A stretch of 20,470 nt of DNA from Actinomycetes bacterium. Lineage in GTDB: Bacteria; Actinomycetota; Acidimicrobiia; Acidimicrobiales; JAKAVM01. The translations under genes were made by a program, and so were the position numbers. The notes under the pieces are model-generated. The model was not told where the DNA came from. It was given only the letters and a program-made list of their open reading frames with translations, and did not search any database. The number at the start of each line of letters is the position of its first letter. Position 1 is the stretch's first letter. Below, piece after piece: positions 6,412 to 14,506 of the stretch. The stretch is taken from NCBI GenBank assembly GCA_021817065.1, contig JAKAWH010000054.1, positions 1 to 20,470 of the forward strand, in the 5' to 3' direction.

Positions 6412-7907
6412 CCACCTACCGGTCTCTCAATCCTTCGCACCTCGACGACGTTGTGGCTGAGGTCACTCTCGCCACCGCCGATGAGCTGGTTGCGGCGTGC
6501 TCGGTAGCCCGGCAGGCGCAAGGCCTTTGGGCAGGGACTCCACCCCCCGTGCGCGGCAAGGTCATCTCGGCGGTCGGCCGAATCGCCGAGTCCAACAAGG
6601 AGGCCCTCGCCCGCTTGGTAACCAGGGAGGTCGGCAAGCCTTGGACCGAATCGCTCGGGGAGGTGCAGGAGATCATCGACACCTGCGATTTCTTCCTCGG
6701 CGAGGGACGACGACTATACGGGCAGACCGTGCCGAGCGAGTTGCCCGACAAGCAGCTCTTCACCTACCGGGTGCCCGTGGGGGTGACCGTGGTGATCACC
6801 GCCGGAAATTTTCCGGTCGCGGTTCCCTCCTGGTACCTGGTCCCTGCACTCCTGTGCGGCAATGTCGTGGTGTGGAAAGCGGCGGAGTACTCGGTTGCCT
6901 GTGCGCAGGCCCTTCGGGACATCTTCGTGGCAGCCGGTGTTCCCGATGGCGTCTTGCAGCTTGTCGTCACCGATGGCGCCACCACCTTCGGCGGGTTGGG
7001 CCAGGGCCTCGATGCAGGCGTGATCGACAAGATCGGATTCACCGGCTCCAGCGCGGTCGGAAGGCGCATCGCAGAGCTGGCAGGGCGTCACCTGCAGTCT
7101 CCGTGCCTGGAACTAGGCGGTAAGAACCCGATGGTCATCGCCCCTGATGCCGATGTCGAGCTTGCGGTCGAGGGGGCGCTCTTTTCCGGATTCGGCACCG
7201 CCGGGCAGCGGTGTACTTCCCTGGGCACAGTCATAGTCCATACATCGAGGCACGATGAATTCGTCGAGCTTTTCGATCGGAGGGTATGTAGCATTCCGGT
7301 GGGCGATCCCAGCCGGGATGTAGTGATGGGTCCTCTGATGAGCGACGTGTTCGCCAGACGGTTCGAGGAGTACCTGGGCTGGCTGGAGCCCCATCACCGG
7401 CTGCTGGGATCGGGCGGCATTGGCCGGATCGGCCCGGACAATCCGCGGAGCGGATTCGTGGGGGACCCGGATGCGGGCCTGTACTACCATCCGATCATCG
7501 TCGACGGCGTCCTGCCGGACGATCGGATCTTCCGGGAGGAGTGCTTCGGGCCCATGGTGGGTGTGGCGACCTACCGGGATCTCGGCGAGGCGATCGAACT
7601 GTCCAACGCTCCCGGATACGGGCTGACCGCCTCCGTCTACACCAATGATCCCAAGACAGCGTTCCGCTTCCGCTCTGGGGTGGGAGCAGGGATGGTCAGC
7701 ATCAACAATTCGACCTCTGGAGCCGAAGCACACCTTCCATTCGGAGGCAACGGCCGGAGTGGCAACGGGAGCAGGCAGTCGGGTACGTGGGCACTCGACC
7801 AGTTCACTCGCTGGCAGGCGGTGAACTGGGATTACTCGGGTCAATTGCAACGAGCACAGATGGATGTCGGAACGGTGGAGCCCGATTTCGGCTACCGACT
7901 TCCCTGA
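6408..7907 (+). CDS. pcd: Piperideine-6-carboxylate (alpha-aminoadipate semialdehyde) dehydrogenase, ALDH superfamily
   Basis: Aldehyde dehydrogenase motifs: VWKAAEYS, GFTGSSAVGRRI, catalytic LELGGKNP and CTS (GQRC), EECFGP. Classic lat-pcd gene order. TTG start 6408 forms a TTGA overlap with the lat stop (TGA 6409-6411). Alternative TTG at 6384. Confidence 0.8.
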   Translation: MTTYRSLNPSHLDDVVAEVTLATADELVAACSVARQAQGLWAGTPPPVRGKVISAVGRIAESNKEALARLVTREVGKPWTESLGEVQEIIDTCDFFLGEGRRLYGQTVPSELPDKQLFTYRVPVGVTVVITAGNFPVAVPSWYLVPALLCGNVVVWKAAEYSVACAQALRDIFVAAGVPDGVLQLVVTDGATTFGGLGQGLDAGVIDKIGFTGSSAVGRRIAELAGRHLQSPCLELGGKNPMVIAPDADVELAVEGALFSGFGTAGQRCTSLGTVIVHTSRHDEFVELFDRRVCSIPVGDPSRDVVMGPLMSDVFARRFEEYLGWLEPHHRLLGSGGIGRIGPDNPRSGFVGDPDAGLYYHPIIVDGVLPDDRIFREECFGPMVGVATYRDLGEAIELSNAPGYGLTASVYTNDPKTAFRFRSGVGAGMVSINNSTSGAEAHLPFGGNGRSGNGSRQSGTWALDQFTRWQAVNWDYSGQLQRAQMDVGTVEPDFGYRLP

Positions 7908-10140
7908 GCTTCCACAGATGAATGCGCGAGCCGAAGCGGTCGATTCGCATTTTCTCTCCGCAGCGAGGGCTCTCACCGCCGTCGAGCATCGCCACCCGGA
8001 CGCACCGGTGCGCGACGGCACCACGCTCACCGGGCGACGAGCGCGGGAGCTGTTCGACGCGCAACTCGCCAGCCGCCACCTCGATCTGGTCGCCCGGGAA
8101 CTGCGTGCGGACGGCTCCGGGTATTACACGATCGGGTCCAGTGGTCACGAGGCGAACGCGGCTCTCGCCGCGGCACTCCGGCCGGATGACCCGGCGCTGC
8201 TCCACTACCGATCGGGTGCTTTTTACGTGGCGCGGGCTGCCCAGCGGGAGTGTACCGATCCCATTCGCGACGTGCTGGCGGGAGTGTGCGCGGCTGCTGA
8301 TGAGCCGGTCGCCGGGGGGCGGCACAAGGTTTTCGGCCATCCGCAGCTCGCGGTGATACCGCAAACCTCGACCATCGCGTCCCACTTGCCCCGGGCAGTG
8401 GGGCTGGCTTTTTCAATCGAGCGAGCTGCACGGCTAGGCGTACCGTCACCATGGGATGCGGACTGCATCGTGGTCGCAAGTTTCGGCGACGCGTCGGTGA
8501 ACCATTCCACCGCGGCGGGGGCGATCAACACCGCATGTTGGATCGCCTACCAGGGCCTCCCCCTTCCCTTGTTGCTGGTGTGCGAGGACAACGGCTTCGG
8601 CATCAGCGTTCCCACTCCACCCGGGTGGGTGCGGGCCGCGTCCTGCTCCCGTCCCGGATTGCGCTACATCGAAGCCGACGGTTGCGATATCGCCACAACA
8701 TGGGATGCCGCGGTCGAGGCGGTGTCCTACGTGCGTAACCGGCGTGCACCGGCTTTTCTTCACCTTTCGATGGTCCGATTCCTCGGTCATGCCGGGGCCG
8801 ATGCAGAGGTCGCGTACCGCACTCCGGCAGCACTGGCGGCTGATCTGGAACGGGACCCCTTGGTGAACACTGCTCGGCTCCTAGTCGAGTCCGGCCAGGT
8901 CGATCCCGGCCAGGTGATCGCCGCCTACGAGGCGATGCGTTCGACGGTGGGCGACACCGCGCGGAAGATGACCCGGGCACGCCACCTGGAAAGTGCCGCG
9001 GAGATCATGGCGCCGCTCGCTCCGCGGCATCCCGACAGGGTGCTACAGGTTGTTGCAACGCCGCCCGCCCCTGCACTGCGCCTGCAAACCCACCGGGGGC
9101 GCCTTCCCGAGGAGCAGGGTGGGTTCACCCTCGCACAATCGGTGAATGCCGCCCTGGCCGACGGGCTCGCGTCCCACCCGAACATGATCGTGTTCGGGGA
9201 AGACGTCGCGCTGAAGGGTGGCGTGTACGGAGTCACCGGCGGGTTGGTCCGGCAGGTCGGAGCTGCCCGTATCTTCGACACCCTCCTGGACGAGCAATCG
9301 ATCCTCGGCCTGGCTCTCGGAGCGGGCCTAGCCGGACTCCTTCCGGTTGCCGAGATCCAGTACCTAGCCTACTTGCACAATGCGGAGGACCAGGTCCGGG
9401 GAGAAGCTGCGACCCAGCAGTTCTTCAGCAACGGCCAGTTCCGCAATCCGATGGTGGTTCGTGTCGCGGCTTTTGGTTACCAGCAGGGATTCGGCGGTCA
9501 TTTTCACAACGACAACTCGGTCGCCGTCCTGCGGGACGTTCCCGGTGTGGTTATCGCCTCACCATCGCGCCCCGACGACGCCGCCGCGATGCTGCGGACC
9601 TGCCTGGCTGCTGCCTCGGTCGACGGATCGGTGTGCGTGTTCTTGGAACCGATCGCCCTATACCATCGCCGCGACCTGCACGACGAGGGTGACCGCGGCT
9701 GGCTGGACCGTTACGCGCCTCCCTCCGAATGGGCCTCTTCTCACGTCCCGATCGGCTCGGCGCGCGTCCACGGCGACGGGGAAGACCTGTGCATGATCAC
9801 CTTCGCTAACGGTGTTCCGATGTCGCTTCGTGCGTCGCGCCGATTGGCAGATTCGCGAATCGGGGTACGGGTGGTGGATCTTCGCTGGCTTGCACCACTC
9901 CCGGTGCGAGATATCCTGCGCGAAGCAGAAGCGACTGGTCGGGTGCTGGTCGTCGACGAAACTCGGCGGACTGGGGGAGTCTCGGAGGGGATTCTGGCCG
10001 CTCTGAACGGTGGAGGATTTGGCGGGACGGTTAAGCGGATCGCCTCGCAAGACAGCTTCATCCCGCTGGGGGATGCCGCCTCGCACGTACTGGTGTCCGA
10101 GGACCAAGTGGTCTCGGCTGCCCGGGAACTGTGCTCGTAG
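7864..10140 (+). CDS. TPP-dependent 2-oxoacid dehydrogenase E1 component, fused alpha/beta subunits
   Basis: N-terminal half has the E1-alpha TPP-binding motif GDASVNHSTAAGAINTACW...LLLVCEDNGFGISVP. C-terminal half has the E1-beta/transketolase-like pyrimidine-binding region FGEDVALKGGVYGVTGGL...RIFDTLLDEQSILGLALG and a C-terminal domain. Overlaps the pcd 3' end by 44 nt (or starts at ATG 7918). Confidence 0.75.
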   Translation: MSERWSPISATDFPELPQMNARAEAVDSHFLSAARALTAVEHRHPDAPVRDGTTLTGRRARELFDAQLASRHLDLVARELRADGSGYYTIGSSGHEANAALAAALRPDDPALLHYRSGAFYVARAAQRECTDPIRDVLAGVCAAADEPVAGGRHKVFGHPQLAVIPQTSTIASHLPRAVGLAFSIERAARLGVPSPWDADCIVVASFGDASVNHSTAAGAINTACWIAYQGLPLPLLLVCEDNGFGISVPTPPGWVRAASCSRPGLRYIEADGCDIATTWDAAVEAVSYVRNRRAPAFLHLSMVRFLGHAGADAEVAYRTPAALAADLERDPLVNTARLLVESGQVDPGQVIAAYEAMRSTVGDTARKMTRARHLESAAEIMAPLAPRHPDRVLQVVATPPAPALRLQTHRGRLPEEQGGFTLAQSVNAALADGLASHPNMIVFGEDVALKGGVYGVTGGLVRQVGAARIFDTLLDEQSILGLALGAGLAGLLPVAEIQYLAYLHNAEDQVRGEAATQQFFSNGQFRNPMVVRVAAFGYQQGFGGHFHNDNSVAVLRDVPGVVIASPSRPDDAAAMLRTCLAAASVDGSVCVFLEPIALYHRRDLHDEGDRGWLDRYAPPSEWASSHVPIGSARVHGDGEDLCMITFANGVPMSLRASRRLADSRIGVRVVDLRWLAPLPVRDILREAEATGRVLVVDETRRTGGVSEGILAALNGGGFGGTVKRIASQDSFIPLGDAASHVLVSEDQVVSAARELCS

Positions 10141-10174
10141 CTGCGTCCAGGCGGGCCGTTTCACGGCCGGGTGG

Positions 10175-10312
10175 CCTCAGGGGCGCCGGGTCCGGCAGGT
10201 GCGAAGGACGTTCCCTCAGGGGCGCCGGGTCCGGCAGGTGCGAAGGAGGTTCCCTCAGGGGCGCCGGGTCCGGCAGGTGCGAAGGACGTTCCCTCAGGGG
10301 CGCCGGGTCCGG
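10175..10312. repeat. 39-bp tandem repeat x3.5 (cctcaggggcgccgggtccggcaggtgcgaaggacgttc) between the convergent E1 and thioesterase genes
   Basis: Copies at 10175, 10214, 10253 and a partial at 10292. One substitution (gacg/gagg) in copy 2. The last partial copy overlaps the final codons of the minus-strand thioesterase gene. Confidence 0.9.
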
Positions 10313-10986
10313 AGGCGGTGGGCGGGTATCACCGCGAACTCACCTTCGGCTTCGCAACACGTGTGTCCCTCCTGGATCAACTTCCCTCGGCTGATCACCC
10401 GCCGCTCGTCTTTGGCAACCACCTCGGCCTCGAAGCGGGACTCGATCCCGATCAGGGTGGGGCGGAGATAGCGGACGGTCAGGCATACGGTCGGACCGGA
10501 AGTACCGGCGATCTGATTGGCCGCGGTGAGAACGATGTCGAAGGTGGAGGCGATCACCCCTCCATGAACCCACCCGGGCCCGCCCTCGTAGGCGGTGGTG
10601 AAGTGGGCGGTGCCGATCGCGAGCGGTGGGTCGAATGCGATGGTCACCGGCAGTGCGATCGGATTGAACTGGCCGACCACCGGGTCGTAGGGCATCGCTC
10701 CGTGCATGATGGTCCCGGAAAAAGGCTGACCGTCCGTCTCTCCAACCCCGGCCTTCGCTCCGGTCCCTTCTGTCTCTCCAACCCCGGCCGTCTCTCCGGT
10801 CCCTTCTGTCTCTCCAACCCCGGCCGGGTCGACGAAACGGGGGATGGGCGTATCGGGCACGAAGGAGCCCAGGAGGTCGGATATAGCGTCGATGCGGGAG
10901 ATCGCATCGGTGAGTGCTTCGGGCGGAGCAGCGCTGGTGACCGCACGGTCGATGAGGCTCCGGAGCGATTCGGCCAATCCGAACAT
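10294..10986 (-). CDS. PaaI/4HBT-family hotdog-fold thioesterase with an internal Gly/Glu/Thr-rich tandem repeat
   Basis: Motif HGGVIASTFDIVL (the conserved HGG of PaaI-type thioesterases). Start set at ATG 10986 (MFGLAESL) with ggaagg 5 nt upstream. The track ORF extends to 11085. Contains in-frame repeats AGVGETEGTGET. Confidence 0.7.
   Translation of the reverse strand: MFGLAESLRSLIDRAVTSAAPPEALTDAISRIDAISDLLGSFVPDTPIPRFVDPAGVGETEGTGETAGVGETEGTGAKAGVGETDGQPFSGTIMHGAMPYDPVVGQFNPIALPVTIAFDPPLAIGTAHFTTAYEGGPGWVHGGVIASTFDIVLTAANQIAGTSGPTVCLTVRYLRPTLIGIESRFEAEVVAKDERRVISRGKLIQEGHTCCEAEGEFAVIPAHRLRTRRP
10738..10825. repeat. In-frame 36-bp coding tandem repeat (2.4 copies) inside the thioesterase gene
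   Basis: ctctccaaccccggccNtcNctccggtcccttctgt repeated at 10738 and 10774, with a partial at 10810. Encodes GVGETEGTGETA-type 12-aa units on the minus strand. Confidence 0.85.
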
Positions 10987-11153
10987 CTCGCCTTCCCGGC
11001 CGGCCAGGATCGGATGAAAAGTGGGGCACGGAAGGAGCGGACCGCCCTCAGATGATCGTGCAGAAGTCGGCAAGGGCCCCAACATAGTTCCGGCTCGGCC
11101 GCAGAGGTACGACGACTAGGCTGAGCCCCAGGGCCCCAGAGGAGGTCGTGCCC

Positions 11154-11366
11154 GTGGTCGACAGTATGGATCAGCAGTTGGTGGGAACGGTGGGCCAAGT
11201 GACCGTCCCGATATCGAAGGACCGCCCGGGCGAGGTGATGCTCCCGGTTCGTGGAGGGACCGAAGCGTACGCCGCACTGTCCGACCAGCCGATCGCCAAG
11301 CACACCAAGGTGGTGGTGGTCGAATGCTTGTCCGGCCGTTCGGTCACCGTCACTCCATTCGACTGA
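11154..11366 (+). CDS. NfeD-family short protein (OB-fold beta-barrel domain), the usual partner of flotillin
   Basis: GTG start 8 nt after agaggagg (the track ORF begins at GTG 11148). Sequence VGQVTVPISKDRPGEVMLPVRGGTEAYAALSDQPIAKHTKVVVVE matches the NfeD C-terminal domain. Immediately upstream of the flotillin gene. Confidence 0.7.
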   Translation: MVDSMDQQLVGTVGQVTVPISKDRPGEVMLPVRGGTEAYAALSDQPIAKHTKVVVVECLSGRSVTVTPFD

Positions 11367-11392
11367 ACCGCATACACGAGGAGGCATAACGA

Positions 11393-12826
11393 ATGCTTTT
11401 CTGGCACGTTCCCGCGCCAAACGAGGCGCTTCTCATATCCGGTTCCCGGCGTCGCAGCCAGGAGACCCAGTTCCGGATCGTCACCGGTCACGGCTGCATC
11501 GTCTTCCCGATCAAGCAGAAGGCCCGTACCCTCTCCCTCGCTCTGCGCGAGTCGGAGGTCACCGAGGAATGTCTCACCACCCAAGGGATCCGCTTGCGCA
11601 TCCGGGCCATCGCCGCTTTCAAGGTCGGCGACGACCCGGTTTCCATCGCCAATGCAGCCCGGCGTTTCCTTGCAGAACAGGACCGGATGGAGGAGCTGGT
11701 CGGGCGGATCTTCGCCGGGCACCTCCGGTCGATCATCGGGAGCCTGACCGTCGAGGAGATCATCCGGGAGCGGGATCGCCTGGCTCAGGAGGTCAAGGAC
11801 GGTAGCCATGGCGAGATGGAGAAGCTGGGCATCGTGGTGGACTCGCTCCAGATCCAGGAGATCGAGGACGCGACCGGCTACATCAACAACATCGCCGCTC
11901 CTCACGCAGCGGCGGTAGCCAGCCAGGCCCGGATCGCCGCCGCCCAGGCCGACCAGGAGGCGACCCAGCGCGAGCAGCAGGCGGCAGCGCTGAAGTCGGA
12001 ATACGTACGCGACGCGGAGATCAAGCAGGCCGGGTTCGCTGCCGAAGTGGAGAGGGCCAAGGCCCAGGCGGCACAGGCAGGCCCCCTGGCGGAGGCCCAG
12101 GCGTCCCAGGAAGTGATCGCTCAGCAGACCCTACTCGCCGAGAAGCAAGCCGGTTTGACCGACAAGCTGCTCGAATCCGACGTGCGGCGTCCTGCCGATG
12201 CCGAGGCGTATAAACAGCGCACTCTGGCAGAAGCGAGCCGGGACAGCACCAAGATGGCAACCGAGGCGGAGGCTTTTCGCCAGCGGACCATGGCGGAAGC
12301 CCAGCGGGATACGGTGAAGTTCAGCACGGAAGCCGAAGCCAACCGGCAACGCACCATCGCTGCCGCCGAGGCGGAAGCGGCGACGGTTCGGGCGGAAGCT
12401 GAGGCCACCGCCCACAAGCACCAGGCCGACGGTGAGGCCTACGCTCAGCGCACGGTAGCAGCCGCCGACGCGGAATCCATCAACGCCCGCTCGGCCGCGT
12501 TAGACGACGGGAACCAAGCGCTCATTGCGGCCAACAAGCTGGTTGATTTGCTCCCGTCGTTGGTGGAAGCTGCCGCGCGGGGAATCTCGGCTTCCAACCT
12601 GACCGTCTTGAACGGCACGGACGGGGTCAATCAGGTGGTGGCCGGCGTAGTCGGCCAAGGCCTCACTATCTACGAGACCCTCCGCAAGTCCCTGGCCACA
12701 GCGTCGACCCAGCACGACGGGCTCGGGGCCCTGGCCCTTCCGGGTACCGACAGCGAGCGGGACGGCCCGGTAGCACGCGACGGCGTGCGAGCTGGCGGGG
12801 AGGCGGGAGCGCCCGGCGTCGATTGA
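11393..12826 (+). CDS. Flotillin-like SPFH/band-7 protein (FloT/YqiK type)
   Basis: N-terminus MLFWHVPAPNEALLISG and a band-7 domain. A long Ala/Glu/Gln-rich coiled-coil with EA repeats (AEAYKQRTLAEA..., AEAFRQRTMAEAQ...) is typical of flotillins. Strong RBS gaggagg sits 7 nt before ATG. Confidence 0.85.
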   Translation: MLFWHVPAPNEALLISGSRRRSQETQFRIVTGHGCIVFPIKQKARTLSLALRESEVTEECLTTQGIRLRIRAIAAFKVGDDPVSIANAARRFLAEQDRMEELVGRIFAGHLRSIIGSLTVEEIIRERDRLAQEVKDGSHGEMEKLGIVVDSLQIQEIEDATGYINNIAAPHAAAVASQARIAAAQADQEATQREQQAAALKSEYVRDAEIKQAGFAAEVERAKAQAAQAGPLAEAQASQEVIAQQTLLAEKQAGLTDKLLESDVRRPADAEAYKQRTLAEASRDSTKMATEAEAFRQRTMAEAQRDTVKFSTEAEANRQRTIAAAEAEAATVRAEAEATAHKHQADGEAYAQRTVAAADAESINARSAALDDGNQALIAANKLVDLLPSLVEAAARGISASNLTVLNGTDGVNQVVAGVVGQGLTIYETLRKSLATASTQHDGLGALALPGTDSERDGPVARDGVRAGGEAGAPGVD

Positions 12827-12894
12827 TGTCAGGCCGCCGGCGGCGCCGGAATGTCAGGGATGCCGGTTAACTGGCCGGCGAGCGAAATAACCGC

Positions 12895-14409
12895 TCAATC
12901 CTCGAGGGTCACCCGCCACTCGTAGAGGCATCCGGAGGGACGTCGCTCCACCACCGACAATTCTCCTCCGTGTTCTCGGGCTCGGCTGGCGAGCCGGTTC
13001 AGCCATCGTGCCGATGCGGGCCCCTCGGGAATGCCGACCCCGTCATCGGAGACCGAGACGACCAGAGATAGGGCATCCACGGAGATGTCGACGCCCACCC
13101 GGGTGGCCATCGAATGGCAGGCGATGTTGTGGAGGATGTCGCCCAACGCTTCCAGGAGCGCATGTCGCAACTCGGCGGAGATGTGGGAGTCGATGGGGCC
13201 GGACCAATGAAGGGTCGGCTGGAACCCCAGCTCGATGGCAGCGTGGTCCACCATGTCCCGTACCCGAGTGGTGACCGGTACCGTGCTCAGGGGGGCATGG
13301 GTGAGGTCCTCGATCTCCCGCTCCAATTCCACGATCACGTTGCGCAGATCTTCCGAAGTTGTCTCGACCCGCTCGCGCACAATTCCTGGAACCAGGGTGG
13401 CGAGCCGATCCAGACGGGCACCGATCTTGTGGAGGGTGGCGATTACCACGTCGTCGAGGTCACTGGCGATCCGATGTTGATCGCTGACCAGCCGGGAGAC
13501 CGCGAGCTGGTTCCGGGTTCGATCGGCCACCATCGCCACTGCCACGGTGGAGGAGAAGATCTCCAGCAAGGTCTGCTCCAGTTCGGTGAAATCCGGCTGT
13601 CCCGGGGCACGGACGATGGAGAGTGCTCCGATCGCCTCGCCGTCGGCCGCGATCGGCACGACGATAGCGGGACCCAGACCGAGTGCTGCCCCATCGGGGT
13701 GGACGTTGTCGGAAAGGGCGAGATCGTGTATTCGTACTATTTCCCCGGTCTCGTAGGCATAGCCGGCGGCGCTGGAACCAGGCTCCATGTCCAGGCCGGT
13801 GAGATATGCGTAGTCCTCGTCGTCCGCACCGGCGATGACCATATGGCCGAGTCGATGGCTGGGAATCGACACGGTTCCCAGCTCGGCTCCGAGGAGGAGA
13901 CGGGCCTCCCTGGCTATCTGGGCGTAGATCTCGCGGGGAGTGAGGGCCGCCAGAAGCGCCCGGTTGATCTGGCTGACCGCTAGCAGGAGCAGCTCCACCC
14001 GGCTCGCTTCGCTCACGTCGCGCACGAAAGCCCCCACGAAGCGCTGACCGCCAATTTCTATCGGAGCAAGACTTACGTCAATAGGGAAGGTTGTCCGATC
14101 GCTCCGTACTCCGGAGATCCGCAGGCCGCTTCCCATCGGTCGACGATAGGGATCGGCTGCAAAGCGGCTCCGATGGTCGGCATGGGCCGACCGTAGGTCG
14201 GTTGGGATAAGTTCCTCGACGGACATACCGGCCAAGCCACCTGGACCGTAGCCAAAAAGTACCTCGGCGGCTGGGTTGCACCGGGTGATCGTCCCGTCTT
14301 GGTCGACCACCACGATCCCGTCCGGCATAGCTTCGAAAAGAGCAGCCAGGCCGGGAAGCGCCTCGATCGCCGCTCCGCCGGACGTGAGGTCGCCGGGAAA
14401 GCCGAACAT
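12895..14409 (-). CDS. PAS-GAF sensor histidine kinase (HisKA_3 + HATPase_c; partner would be a NarL-type response regulator)
   Basis: PAS domain (PDGIVVVDQDGTI...FGY). GAF domain. H-box RIASDLDDVVIATLHKI (HisKA_3). C-terminal ATPase with DDGVGIP and GGEL motifs. Start set at ATG 14409 (MFGFPGDL). The track ORF starts at TTG 14439. Confidence 0.8.
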   Translation of the reverse strand: MFGFPGDLTSGGAAIEALPGLAALFEAMPDGIVVVDQDGTITRCNPAAEVLFGYGPGGLAGMSVEELIPTDLRSAHADHRSRFAADPYRRPMGSGLRISGVRSDRTTFPIDVSLAPIEIGGQRFVGAFVRDVSEASRVELLLLAVSQINRALLAALTPREIYAQIAREARLLLGAELGTVSIPSHRLGHMVIAGADDEDYAYLTGLDMEPGSSAAGYAYETGEIVRIHDLALSDNVHPDGAALGLGPAIVVPIAADGEAIGALSIVRAPGQPDFTELEQTLLEIFSSTVAVAMVADRTRNQLAVSRLVSDQHRIASDLDDVVIATLHKIGARLDRLATLVPGIVRERVETTSEDLRNVIVELEREIEDLTHAPLSTVPVTTRVRDMVDHAAIELGFQPTLHWSGPIDSHISAELRHALLEALGDILHNIACHSMATRVGVDISVDALSLVVSVSDDGVGIPEGPASARWLNRLASRAREHGGELSVVERRPSGCLYEWRVTLED

Positions 14410-14506
14410 CAGCGAGTCTCTTCCCGGATGCCCGCGCAACAGAAGCCGAACATCAGCGAGTCTATTCCCGGATGCCCGCGCAACAGAAGCCGAACATCAG
14501 TGGTGG
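14401..14506. repeat. 44-bp tandem duplication (2.4 copies) at the junction of the two kinase genes
   Basis: gccgaacatcagcgagtctNttcccggatgcccgcgcaacagaa at 14401 and 14445, with a partial at 14489. It duplicates the RBS-ATG-MFGF region of the downstream kinase. On the minus strand the two mini-ORFs (12 and 15 codons incl. stop) start MFGF. Their starts overlap upstream stops as TGATG. Confidence 0.85.

Noticed and set aside
7113-8030. 305-aa minus-strand ORF
   Set aside because: Antisense to the pcd/E1 junction, which has convincing forward-strand homology.
10171-11055. 294-aa plus-strand ORF translating the 39-bp repeats as GAPGPAGAKDVPS collagen-like units
   Set aside because: It lies antisense to the thioesterase, whose HGG hotdog motif is clear. 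The repeat-encoded peptide is most likely coincidental.
13114-13983. 289-aa plus-strand ORF
   Set aside because: Antisense to the PAS-GAF kinase. No motifs.
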